A stretch of 55,992 nt of DNA, counting the filler, from Streblomastix strix (lineage: Eukaryota): the NCBI GenBank assembly GCA_008636045.1. It is 3 parts of 3 records of this genome, joined end to end, with 100 filler letters (N's around TTAATTAATTAA, not from the genome) between each part and the next. Parts side by side here need not be neighbours in the genome. Positions count along the whole stretch, not along the records: positions 1 to 18,638 come from SNRW01000592.1; 2 more parts are not named here. One strand, 5' to 3'. Positions 1-12,503 of this stretch are shown piece by piece. The notes below the pieces were generated by a model. The model was not told the DNA's origin, ran no database searches, and saw only the letters and a list, made by a program, of their open reading frames with translations. A program made the translations under genes and the position numbers. Each line of letters starts with the position of its first letter. Positions within the stretch are counted from its first letter, which is position 1.

Positions 1-172
1 TGATAAATTATTACAAATAGTCATTATGATTATTTTTCAAGGCAAACTTTGTGGATAAATTTTTACAGGTTAAACAAAAAGAGGCTCGTATAATCCTTAC
101 GGTTTATTTTTCCGAGTTTGCCACACATATTAAAAATATTGCCAATTTCCTCAATAATTAGTAATTCCGATT
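1..172 (+). repeat. Left terminal inverted repeat of element 1
   Basis: Gapless match to the reverse complement of 18467-18638, with 16 mismatches in 172 nt by hand count. Confidence 0.95.
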
Positions 173-253
173 AACCCCATCCAAATAAACAATAGTTAAT
201 TTATCTATGGGTAATAGATAAAAAATAAATTCATTTTTTTATTTGTGTTACAA

Positions 254-3200
254 ATGTCCAATTTATCGAAATAGGAATTATAAAAGATAATAAAAATATC
301 TAATAATTCTACAATCGGAACTGTTGCTTTACTCAATTAACGAAAGACTGAGTTACTAAAATAACTAAGTTTTCCTAGACGATGGGGAAGATATAACTTT
401 ACTAAAATAGTTTCATTCATCGATGAAAAATAGATGGGTTAATTATAGGATGAAGTTATATAAGAGGACTTATTTAAGAGATAGAAACAAATAGTTAAAG
501 CATCTAACTTTAAAGAAACTAAACAAAAGATAGCTAAGTTATAACACTTTACTTAATAAGAGATAGATGAGTTATAAGAAAAGATATAGTTACATAAAGA
601 TAAAACTGTTCAATAGTAAGACAATTAAAATTATCTTAAGGCTCATATGTTTACTTATCCTTAAGAACCTGTTGATTGTCGAGAAGCTATAGTATAAGCT
701 AGAAGATATAGAGATACTGAAAATATAATTCCAATTAATGATGGGGTATCAATTAAATATTATGATAATAACATTGAAGACTTTGATGATATTATTAATT
801 TAATAAATTAAACTTATGCAAAAAATAATAGAAGAGCTTATAAGATATAATTTATCTTCGGTACTATTTGTGAAGAATTAGAATATGGAAACTTTGTTTA
901 TAAATGTTAACCAATATAAGAAAATTTTATATAAGTACACACTCCATCTATGATAATTAGTAATGAATCACTTGAAGAATATAAATAGTACGTTAAGAGT
1001 TGTGTAATTGAGATGTAAGAATTTTAACAAACCGAATCAACTAATTAAAGATACATTGGCATTTATTCGATGATGGTGAAAGTTAGCTTACTTCCATTAG
1101 CAGGTCTTTGTATGAAAGAGTTAATCGACTAACATTATAATTCTCATAGGTAATAATTATTATATCAAGTTAGCGATTTGAATGATTGCTTCTGGTTATC
1201 ATATTCCAGATTTATATTAAAAGGTAAAGTATCACCTGATCAAATTAGAAGTGAAGCTAAAAAATAAATGAGAAAATTCTATAATCTAACGAAAAAACAA
1301 TACGACAGTTTCATTAACGACTATAAAGGATTTGATTTAACAGATGAACTAAATAAATTCGTTTTAGAGAAAAAGATTAACGTTAATATATTCTAGTATG
1401 ATTAATAGAAGAAGTTCTATTACTAAGGATAGATATTAAATTATAATAAGATGTATGACATTAATTTATCAGATGATTCAGTTGTAGAAGAAACATAGCC
1501 AAAAGAATCAATTTCAACATTCAACATTCTACTAATTTCATCTACTCATGAAAATTAAGATGTGTATCATGTATTCTACGTAATTAACATAGATGGACTA
1601 ACAAGATAAAAATTTTGTCCTCATTATTAATAATAAGCATTTGACCCTAAGGATAATAACTTCAGTAGAGACTATGAAAGTCATGTTAGCTTATGTAAGG
1701 TTAATAGAGGATAAATAATTAAGAAAGTTAAATTAGATGAATAACCTTATCCTTTCTGCCCCATATCTATCGTAATGAAAAATATGCTTATCTTTTAGCT
1801 AACGAGAAAGAAAAATAGTTTAAACCATCTATATATTATATTACAAATGATTTTGAAACTGTTGAACGTAAAGTATTAAAATATTACGGTAAGCTAACAA
1901 ATGTTAATGAAAAGAAATAAGAGGTAATTGACGAACAAAATAATAAATAATTCATCTTCAATAGCTAATGGATATCAGAACTAATTCCACTATCAGTTGC
2001 ATCATCTATTAAATTTAAATGGAGAGATTAATATTAGTAAGACAATTAATACAAATAAATTGAAACTATATTTGGACCTATAGTTTAAAAGACAATCTAC
2101 TTCGACTTACGAAATTGATCTGATTTTATTAATCAATGGTTAGAATAAATATTCGTTGAAGCTTAATAAGTATTGATAGACAACAAAAATGAAAATGAAT
2201 TAATCCCTTATAAATAAAACGTATCTATTATTGTATTCAACTCTTCAAAATTTGATTAAGCTTAAATTCTCAAAATATTTTCATTGTGATAGATAGATAA
2301 TTTAAAATTATATTGGTTATTTCGGTAAATGTAAAATGATTACAGTTGAAAACAACTAATCTCATTAATAAATAAATTTCATTGACGCATTGAACTATAC
2401 TTAACCAACGGACTTAGATTCGTTTGCAAGAGATTTTTGTAACAGTTACAATTAAATAAAAGGTCTATTTCCGTACGAAGGAATCAATTTCGATAACTAT
2501 GACTTTAAGCTATCTAAACAATAGCTCTTCCCAATTAATGCTTTCGCTTCAACTTTGAAAAATAAATAGATGACTGATGATGATTATAAGATATATCTAA
2601 AAGATGCAATTAATTATAATACAAAATGGGACTATCTATAACACTACAATGAATTAGACACGCAAGTAATGATATAACAATTAGATAACTTAATTTATTG
2701 GATCTATTAATGTAAGGTTGATAAGCTTAGTTTCATGAGTCTAGCTGCAAATGTTAATGCGATTAAATATGCTTTAGCATATAAAGATTTCGGTATTAAA
2801 ACTAACAATCCTTAATAATAAACCAAATCAAAACCATTCATATTAACTGAAGCATATTGGAACTATAAAGTTATAGGATATAATAGATAAGACAAAATAT
2901 AACACAGAAGGACAAATAATAATGTAAATATTAATGATTTCAATTATTATAATAATCTATTCGAACATTCAACCTGTTCTATCGGTGATGATAAGTTTAC
3001 AATGAATAATAAGCCTACATTAGATCATATTAATAATAAGATTCCACATACTAAATCAAACTGTTAACCCTGTTTCTTATATAGCAATAGATAAAAATCT
3101 GATAAAGATGAAAAAATAACAAGACTATTTATTTAACTTCGAAGATATTGTAATACTAATAACCTTCCATAAACAATTGTAAATAATGAAGTATATTAAC

Positions 3201-4801
3201 TTTTAAGACGTTTTATTACTGATTGACTATCAAATGTAATGCACCGACAGAATAGAGCATGTATTGATATAATTAAGCTATACTATTATAACTCTGAGAA
3301 TAAAACTATAACAGTTATCAATACCAATCATACTATATCTCATATCTGCGGAGTTGATTTTAACTCATTATACCCTAGTTGTTTCTCATCGTAATACCAT
3401 CCCTTTAATAAATATACTAATGGTATTATGTATTTGTGTGGATCAGTAAGTGGAATAACTGAAGGATTTAAATATTGCTAGAAAAATAATAGAATCAAAT
3501 GATAGATTCAATGAGAAATGTTAATTATTCATAGCATAATTGAGGGGTCATATCGATGAAAGATATGTTAATAATTTTGTTAATTGTCCACTTATAGCAC
3601 GTAACTTTACTTATACAACTGACGAAAAGACTATCGGTAAATATATGTATGATACAATGAAGTAGTGTGGTACTAAGACAGACAAGTAAGAAAGAAAGCT
3701 AACAAATATATTATCATCCCATGGATAATATATGACGTTTAGTTCTTATTAACTATGGTTCTTAATTGATGATTGTCATTTTATAATCGATGATTTTAAA
3801 CAATTAGTTACTTTTAATAAGCATATTAAATTTAATACTTTCGTTAATGTGTTTATGAACAAATGTATAGAAGCTATTAAATAAAAAAATAGTGGTTTGG
3901 ATAAATTTAGTAAGATGATTTTGAATGTTTCTTATGGAAGTGATGGAATGAATACTGAGAAATATAATAAAATAAAACTACTTACAAAAGATAAGACAAA
4001 AGAAACACATACTAAATAAACCTGGATGAATGATCGTAAGTTAGTTGAAAATTTATTTATTGTTTAATTTAGTCCCAAGAATTGTAAGTATAATACATGT
4101 TTATAAGTAGCATATTTTATTTTAGATAATGCTAAATATTGGTATTTTAATTTCATCTATAATTTTATGTATAAATATTTGGATATGACTAAACTTCATT
4201 TCGTCGAAGGAGATACTGATTCAGCTTATTGGGCTATTAGTGGAAAATAAGTTAAGAGGGTTTATTAAGATGGTCAATGTGTTAACTAGTAAGAGTACGA
4301 AGATAACTTACATCAAGGTTTCATCTATGTAATTAAGGATCAATAATTTTACGACACTAACGCAAAGTATTTCTTTTCAACCATCAAAGGTGATAAGTTT
4401 AATGAGAAAAAACTGTTAGGATTAGCTTTCGAAAATGAAGATGATGAGATGTACGCATTAGATTCAAAGAATTATTATATACATACGTTTAAACGTAATT
4501 CATTAGTTGATGTAATTAAACTTAAAGGTGTTAACTTGAAATAGAACAACATAAACAATTTAGATGTAATTGATAATCTTATTAATGGAAAAAATAACAT
4601 AAGGAACTAACATGAGACTAGGATAGATCAATGATTAAATATACGAAGGTGATGTTTCAAAATAATACCATATGAGTAAGTTATTAACAACTAAGAATGC
4701 TTTAACAGTTATAAAATAAAATAGTTGTATTGAAAAATAGTTAAAGTTGTTTACCGTTTATCCATGGATTAACAATTGAATGTTATCTTGATTACCAATG
4801 A
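254..4801 (+). pseudogene. polB: Protein-primed family B DNA polymerase (pPolB) polyprotein, frameshifted
   Basis: Table-6 motifs: Exo I DFET (~1849), Exo II FNSSKFD (~2236), KGLFPYE (~2460), Pol DFNSLYPS (~3297), K..LNVSYGSDG (~3912), EGDTDSAYW (~4206). Collinear with 49068-53648. Several frameshifts and internal TGAs. Confidence 0.93.
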
Positions 4802-4811
4802 GACGATAACT

Positions 4812-5420
4812 CATTTCTTTTTCTTTTATTTTTCACTATGTTTTCTTTTAAGTTCTTTCTATACTTCAATCGATGAAAGCAATTTTTTCTCACTAATATA
4901 ATTCTTTTTAAATTTAACTTATTTTACTTTCTCAGCTTTAGTTAACACATTATTTAACTACTTATACGAACATACTTTATCGTTAATCTTTATACTTATT
5001 TTCATTAATGGAAATTGATTTGAATTAAGAGAATTTAATCCCCAATCCATTGACCCGAGTCTATAATTCATTGCTTAATTCTTATAGATCATTTATATAA
5101 ATTATAATTCTTCAATTTTCTATTATTGATCTTCTTATTATATTAGTGATTATTATTCTTATAGTTAGTTAGTCGACTAAGGTGTTGTAATTGGCGGCGC
5201 AGGCTGTACTCCAATAAATAAATCATCACCTATTTGTTCCTATTCATCTATAGTTATAAGCTATTTATTTTTTTAAAACTCTTATTCTTTTTCTTTTTCG
5301 TTTCTTTCTTCGATATATATTTATCTTTATAATTTTTCATTCACAGGTTATTCTTTAATTCCTAAATCTTATGATTCTTAATTAGCTAAAGCATTGTAAT
5401 TACCATAAGGTTATACGTCT
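4812..5420 (-). pseudogene. 3' half of a core-like protein gene (probable homolog of 46108-47129), fused to the truncated penton
   Basis: GSMDWG / VLTKAEKVK / SSIEVQKELK align by eye with GGLDWG / VLLSKEERL / ASVKAQEQLK of 46108-47129. Lys-rich C-terminus. Confidence 0.45.
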
Positions 5421-6136
5421 TAATAATTATACCTTATATTAAGGTTATATGACTAATCAGCTCCCTATAGGGGTTCGATGGTTGTTATGAAGTTATTACC
5501 TGTAGGTTCATATATTCTTATTAGACCAATACATCGATAAGCTATAGATAAGTCAGGATCATCTATCCAATAGTGATATAAGATAGCATCTAAACGTAAA
5601 TTTATATAATTTAATGCAGAACTACATATATCAGTTCCATTATTTATATTCAAGCTGTATGAGTTTTTCTACTATTTTTATGTATGTTCATTTACACTAT
5701 TATTGAAACAGATAGAATTGGAGTTAGTACTGTTAACTAGTTCAAAATACTATTCCTGTGGATCAATAAAAGAGTTAAAATCAGTTTATTTCAAAGCATT
5801 AACCTATGGGTTATTCATATAAGACCATTTATTTGAATCTAGTGTATGCATATTATTTATTATAGTATTCATCTTAATTCTAATCGGTGGAATTTATTCT
5901 ATATCTTATAGTTTAAATGTTCCATTTGTATTCTTAATTTATTGTTTCAAATTTAATCCTTTTAGATTATATCTTAGTTCTATATAATCATCGTTAATGT
6001 AGAAGCATAAATTTAAAGGTATATTATTCATGCCATCAATTTAAAATTATCTATATCCAGTAGGGGCTTAAGTTATCCATTCAACATAATCCTTTTCGCT
6101 ATCATTGTTAATTATTTCCAATCCTATTTAAGCCAT
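5421..6136 (-). pseudogene. Putative minor capsid (penton) protein, 3'-truncated
   Basis: MAQIGLEIINNDSEKDYVEW...SALNYINLRLDAILYHYWI...IEP...LNIRY is clearly homologous to the N-terminal half of 47561-49033. Homology ends at about 5425. Confidence 0.7.
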
Positions 6137-6159
6137 ATAATCAAAAATAAATTGAATCA

Positions 6160-6744
6160 ATGAATTGATCTCTATGTAGCCGTTTATCTAATTAGGTTCA
6201 TTATTTCCTTTTAATATTATTCATTTGGAATAGTAAAACTAAGTTTTTCATTTTAATACCTCTTTCATTTAACATATCTTTAAAAATATGATTAATTATT
6301 ACTGCTATTGGTAAATTATCGATGTAAACACTAGATCTTTAAACTATTAAAAGATATTTATTAATATTATTTTTATGTAATCTATGTACTTTGTAATACT
6401 TTCCATCAATGTCATCGTTAAATAGTTCAACTGAGTAAACATAATCATATTGTTTATCTTATGGAACTAATCTAGGTTCCATATGTTATATTTTTTTTCT
6501 ATAATCAGTGTTTTCACGTTAAAGTTGTTCGATAATTCTATCTTTATTATCTTCAAAGGATAGATATGTTTGTTAGCTATTTTCATTAAATTGTATATGT
6601 TATTCATCTTTTAAAATCTTTAGCCAATGTAGTTTTCTATTTACTTTTTGTATAATTTTTTAATTATTTTATTTTGCTACTTCGAGTAATTAATTATGCT
6701 AATCGAGTAATGATTATATCGTTTATAGTTGTTCTAAAGACATT
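6160..6744 (-). pseudogene. Viral hypothetical protein, frameshifted
   Basis: Coding-like in table 6 (MEPRLVPQDKQYDYVY...IDNLPIAVIIN). It recalls C-terminal regions of KilA-N-associated proteins of Trichomonas Mavericks (from memory, unverified). Boundaries approximate. Confidence 0.35.
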
Positions 6745-6801
6745 TATTCACAGATAAAAAAACATATAATAAAAATATATAAGCTTAATTAATTATCATA
6801 G

Positions 6802-7344
6802 TCATAGTATACCAACATATTTAGCAATTTCTTCTATTTCATCTATACAATTATTATATAATATAATATCCAGATCGAACTCTTTATTTTTAAATAAAGG
6901 ATATAAATAGTATTTTGCTAATTAATGTAATCTCTCATCTAATTTATTCTTTAAATTTATTTTTTATAATATACCTAATTTGTTCATATCTTTTTCTTTT
7001 ATCTTCTATTCGTCTATTAATTATTGACGTCGTTTTATTTCTATACTAGTTAACAAAGATATTGGTATATTATCAATGTTTGAATCAATACATGCTTAAT
7101 TAAGTTTATCAATTTATTCTTTATAATATTGATTTTTATCCTTTGGATTATTACATTCTCTTTAGATGGAAATATATGATTGTTCATCATTAGTTTAACC
7201 ATTAAGCTTTTCTTCTATTCTATCAAGTTTATCACTAACCTATTTTAATTACACTGATAAATCAAATAGCTATTATGTATCTTCTAGTAATTTATTTATA
7301 GCTTTTGAGTTATCTTCTATATCATCAACTTAGTTATTATCCAT
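6802..7344 (-). pseudogene. Viral hypothetical coiled-coil protein
   Basis: MDNNQVDDIEDNSKAINKLL... is open for about 130 codons, then frameshifts. Confidence 0.45.
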
Positions 7345-7364
7345 TTGTATAGGGTAAAAATAAA

Positions 7365-8517
7365 TCAATTTAACAATGATTCGAAATATAATTAGTCTTC
7401 TTTCTACTGTTAATCAATCTATTATTTTTCTTCTTGAGTTAATTTCTTCAATTAGATCTTTTACATTATATTGTTTATATGAATGGTTCCGCCTAGGAGC
7501 GACATCCATAATTTTATTTAATAAAAAATATTGTATGAATTTTACTAACAATTTTCATAAGTGCAAAAATCATAATTTTGCATATATGTGAAAAACAGAA
7601 AAAAATATAATTTTTTCTTTACGCTATGAGTTGAGTGCAATATGTCTTGAATTTTTATAAATTATATTTTTAAAAATATTTAAATTTATTTTATTTCATA
7701 ATATTTCAGAAACAGACATACGCGCCGACGTAAATTAAAAAAAATAAAAATTCTCAATTTTAGCGAGTAATTTTAGATTTTTATGTCATTTTTCAATAAA
7801 TTTTAATAATATATTTTATTTAATAAATAAATTGAATGACTATTTTTTATTTTATTTGAGAAACGCGTGCAAGATATGACAGTAAAAAATTCAAAACAGA
7901 TTTTCTTGAAAATATTGATTATTAATATGTATATTTATTAGTCATTTACATTTAAATATTTAAAATTAAACAAAATAAATTAAAATAATAATAATATTAA
8001 ATGTCCATCTTGCAAAAATCAAGAATTTCTTTATCTGTCGATTTTCATCGGCACGTATGGATGTTTCTGAAATATTATGATATAAAATAAATTTAAATAT
8101 TTTTAAAAAATATAATTTTTAAAAATTCAAGGCATAATGCACTCAACTCATAGTGTAGAAAAAAAATTATTTTTTTTTCTGTTTTTCACATATATGCAAA
8201 ATTATGATTTTTGCACTTATGAAAATTATTAATAAAATTAATACAATATTTTTTATTAAATAAAATTATGGATGTCGCTCCTGGGCGGAACCATCCATAT
8301 CTATTGGGTAAATATATTGATATTAACTATATTACTTAAGCTATTTAAAATACTTTGTTTTACCATTTTTAGATTCGAGTAATTAATAGAATTGTTTGTT
8401 TTATAATCTTAGACCATTAAACTTATACTCACCAATCTTATCAATAACCTTACCGCTAGTCTTATTATTATCCTGTAATTAGTGGAATTTTTATTTATCT
8501 AATTTTGTATATGTCAT
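7365..8517 (-). pseudogene. 110-aa viral hypothetical gene interrupted by a MITE
   Basis: Removing 7481-8300 gives a clean 333-nt ORF: MTYTKLDKQ...YIYPID|INNIMQKIQLKK...FESLLN*. Confidence 0.8.
7481..8296. mobile_element. Non-autonomous DNA transposon (MITE), ~255-bp TIRs, ATAT target-site duplication
   Basis: 7481-~7735 (GAATGGTTCCGCCTAGGAGCGACATCC...) is the inverse of ~8042-8296 (...GGATGTCGCTCCTGGGCGGAACCATCC). ATAT flanks both sides (7477-7480, 8297-8300). The AT-rich interior is non-coding. Confidence 0.9.
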
Positions 8518-8574
8518 TTATGTAAGTAGTAAAAAAATAAAAAATAAATTAAAATCACTAGTTTTTATATCTCA

Positions 8575-8784
8575 TTATCTCGGTCCGTTAATATATCTAT
8601 CTACCTCACCTGCTAATTTAGCCCCTACTCCCATAGCTGATCCTATCGCAGGATGAATCATTCTTACTGGAGCAGCTAATGTACCTAGAACTTTATTCAA
8701 TGTTGGAGCAACCCAACCTGCAGCTTTAGTTATACCCCCTAATATTTTACTACCGAAATTTTTAAGACCTGACCAGAATCCCAT
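8575..8784 (-). CDS. Small amphipathic virion protein, adenovirus protein-VI-like (putative membrane-lytic, possibly myristoylated)
   Basis: Intact 69-aa ORF MGFWSGLKNFGSKILGG.... WSGLKNFGS resembles the adenovirus pVI amphipathic helix (LWSG[I/L]KNFGS). N-terminal MG. Divergent from the putative MCP. Confidence 0.7.
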   Translation of the reverse strand: MGFWSGLKNFGSKILGGITKAAGWVAPTLNKVLGTLAAPVRMIHPAIGSAMGVGAKLAGEVDRYINGPR

Positions 8785-8812
8785 TTATTATAATAAAAAT
8801 TAATCTAAGTAA

Positions 8813-11192
8813 ATGTTAAACTGTTTCTTTTTATAATCTAAACGTCATTTGCATCAAGCGAATATTTGAAACGATTAGTATCAGCATAACATTCGGATTA
8901 CATTAATTCATACTTATAATTCTAGGAAGTATTATAGGCTTAAACTATCATACCATAATCATTTGGTATATCTAAGTAATAATTCTTCGACTGGGTCAAT
9001 TTCTATGGTAGCATTATTTTTAGCTTTAGCTGTAACAAAAATAATGGTACTAAATTTTGCAAATTAAATAATTCATAAATTACAATGTCTATACATACTT
9101 TTTAGAGAAATTTATTTAACAATTATTCCGACATTGCTTTTAAAAATTTAATTCTTCATAAATAATTTAAGCTAAAATTAAATTTCTATTTAAAATTTTA
9201 ATTTCTTAAAAATATAAAAAAATTGGTAATTTTATATTTTCTTTGTAATCAGTTTTATTTTTGTTATTTTGAAAATTAGTTACTGTTAAGTTAATATATA
9301 GTTCAAATTATACATATATTGAATTATATGCATCTCCAGTTATCTTGTTTGTTACGCATTAATGATACCATCGGAACTGACCTACTAGCCTACGACTTAA
9401 CTTACGAATGATGGTGCTCATTATACTAGAGCTTTTCTTACAGCTAGAGGAACTGCAACATGTTCATGTATTTAAACTTATTAAATCAGTTGGTAAATTG
9501 AGACACTTAAAATACATTAGCGATATAGGTTAATGGAGTAAAAGTAGATGGAGCAGGTGCTAATAATATAAGAATAAAATAAATATCAAATTATAATGCT
9601 ATTGATACAGGAGTATGGGATACACCTTAAACAGTAACAATGTAATCTGGTGCTACAGGTGCAACTTAATAACCATATAATACTAATGAACACATTAAAT
9701 TTTGGTTAGGTTTCTCAACAGCCTGTGGACCTTTTAATTAGATAGCTATATGTAAAGATTCATAGAAATTGTGGGATATTTCAATATATGCTAGAGAGTA
9801 AGCAATAATTGCATCAAACTCATTGACTGATTAATGTACCTCTAATTCTGTAACAGTTTCTCCACTTGAAAGTATAGTTTAAGATAAACGACATTGTGGG
9901 ATGTTTATTGATATACCTGTATCTGCTATTAGTGTTGCCACTGCTTTTAATTATTTAATTCCATATGATATAATAATTTGTGGAGTAATGGATATATACT
10001 AACTGAACCTTATCTTTAATAGCTTTCCTGTATTTACTAGAAATTATGCGTCATTGTATAAATAATTATGGATGTAAGACTTTCTGTAAGATTTGAAAGT
10101 TGTTTGGTTAAATAAGTATAATCCAGTAGATAATACATATCTAGCATATGCAATGATTCCACCGGAGAAACCGGATATAATTTTCTTGAAAAATAGAGAC
10201 GCAGCAGTAGCGTATGATAAATATGCTATTAGATTGGTTAATATGGAAGGTAAACCTATTAAAACTACTATATCTATAGTTACTATAAGTTAAATTAAAA
10301 ATACTAAATTTACTGAATTATATATATAAATAACAAATGTTTAAATATGAAGAATGAAGGTGTAATTATTGATATGATACGTAATTAAAAAATTATTAAC
10401 TTCCCAACATAAATTTTACGTACTTAATCATCTAACAATCCTGCAAGTAATATCGGAGATAGTGGTGGATTTATTTAAACAATAATGTCATTTGCTAACA
10501 TCAAGTCTTTATTTGTTACATTTGCTATATCATAATATCCTACATGGTTCCTCTCTATTCTATTCAAAACTATTGATTTGATTATAAATTAACGTCAAGT
10601 TATTCCGAGTGCTTATCTTGCATTAACTTAAGATGTTTATGGATAAATGTTTGATTGTTTCGTTGATTAAGATGTAGTTAGTGCCTCATCCGATTTATAT
10701 CATTCGTTATTGTTTGAAAACTAATCTATTGATGATAAGAATTATCCTTATGGTTATGAAGGTGGTGCTAGAATGGCTGAGAATGTGTTTTATAATACCA
10801 CATTGTATTAGGGATCTAAAGCAGTTAAAACATTCTATTCAAATAAGATTATGCTAGCATGGAAATTAGCTACTGATGATTCATTTATGAGAGGATATAA
10901 CTCATCTAAAATAGGAGCAAGAACTAATATACAAGTATAAATTGGATTTACACCTATAGATAATATATGTACCGATGAAGTCATAAGACCTGCTCTTCTT
11001 GATTAAAATGATTTTAAATATTTTACATCCACTAGATGTTATCCCAATATTAAGAATGTTAAATTGACACCATTTCCTCATTATCTATGTGATGGAATTG
11101 TTCGAATAATGTTTGATGATAATCCTGATCCATAAGTACTATCGTTAAAGATTATCGGTGAGATAGGTGGAAGTGCAATTAGATCAGGTTGA
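8813..11192 (+). pseudogene. Putative double-jelly-roll major capsid protein, frameshifted
   Basis: About 600 codons of beta-rich coding sequence (KFWLGFSTACGPFNQIAI...FPTQILRT...LAWKLATDDSFMRGYNS...HYLCDGIVRIMFDD...EIGGSAIRSG*). Assignment rests on size, composition and context. 5' end uncertain (8813-9330). Confidence 0.6.
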
Positions 11193-11217
11193 AAACAATT
11201 ATTTTTACTTATTTTAA

Positions 11218-11720
11218 ATGAATCAAGATCAATAAAAAGTATTCAAAGTATTAATGACAAAGATAATCAAAGATAATTTTCAAGATAATAAGCTTATACA
11301 ATAACTTGATAGTATAATAAATGATATTCTATAAAATAGTGAATGTGTAGATAAATCAAAAGCATATTCTCATCCACTTTACTATGAGTTAATTAACCTT
11401 AGTAATAATTTTGATATAATGAATGAAAGATTGTAATAGTTTAAACGATCAAGCGATATAGAATAATACAATAATAAGATATACAATGAAAATCATTAAG
11501 AATATATAAAAACATATAATAAATGTAAAGAAGAGATAAACATTAATCCAAAAAAATCAAAATAAAATAGTACTTATTAATGGATGCAACTAATGAAGAT
11601 TAATAGATATTTAATTAGTTTGTATCAGAATAGAAACATAAGTTGTTTTACGATTATTATTAATTAAATCCAATCATCTTAAAGGATCAAACTGAGCCAG
11701 TATAGTAAGATAGTCAATGT
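11218..11720 (+). pseudogene. Conserved viral orphan A (homolog of 55287-55745)
   Basis: HPLYYELINL vs HPLIQELMRI, and QIFNQFVSEQ...YYQLN vs QIYIQFVNDE...YYQLN. One frameshift; 3' end approximate. Confidence 0.6.
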
Positions 11721-11949
11721 ATTTTATTAATTCTTTACACTTATCTGAAAGTATTAATTCATCACTATCGTAATACTTATCTTAAATTTCTTAGTAGTAT
11801 TAATTCTATTTTTATTGTGTTTCGTTTATTGGTTTATCATTGATAAAACCTGATCCTCTATGTAATGCTTCAAAGATATGATATACCTCATTATCTGATG
11901 CGTTAATCTTTTATCCTAGTTTTTAAGATATTGTAAACAATTATTCCAT
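11674..11949 (-). CDS. Conserved viral orphan B, 91 aa (homolog of 55079-55327)
   Basis: MEQLFTISQKLG...HIFEAL...IKYIDYLTILAQFD vs EQLYQLATNIG...KIFEAL...IQYINNLIILNQVD. Confidence 0.65.
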
Positions 11950-12503
11950 TTATATACAAATAAATTAAATCATTTTTTATTAAGATAAGACTCAGTTATA
12001 CGTATTGAATCTCGTGTATGATCAAGTAAAGCATATAGATGTCGTACTTATTTTTACTTTAGTTCTATATCAAAATCTACCATTTCTTTAGTCTTTTGTT
12101 TATATTCGTTTAATAGTCATGTTTCTAACTGTTTAAGATAATCATACCATGTTTAATCCATTTTAAACAGGGAACAAAAATATAATCAAAGATCAATATC
12201 AACTTCATATTATGGATATCTTTAATCATCAGCTTTTTGTGCTACTCTAGTATTATGTAACTTACATTAATCATTACTAAGTAATTTCAATTATTTAATA
12301 TACTTAACTTTATCGTTAACAATTTTAATATTAGCTTTGTAATCTGTTATTTGTTAATCTGTCAAGAATTATTAACAAAAATATATTTAAAACATTTCAT
12401 AATTATCATGTGGGATATTACTTGTCAATATTATTTCACCTTAATCATTTGTATATACTATCTTATAATTCATTTTGTATATAAATAAAAAAAAGATAAA
12501 ATA

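Noticed and set aside
7376..7591. 71-aa ORF in the supplied track
   Set aside because: Spans the MITE boundary antisense to the real interrupted gene, so it is a chance ORF.
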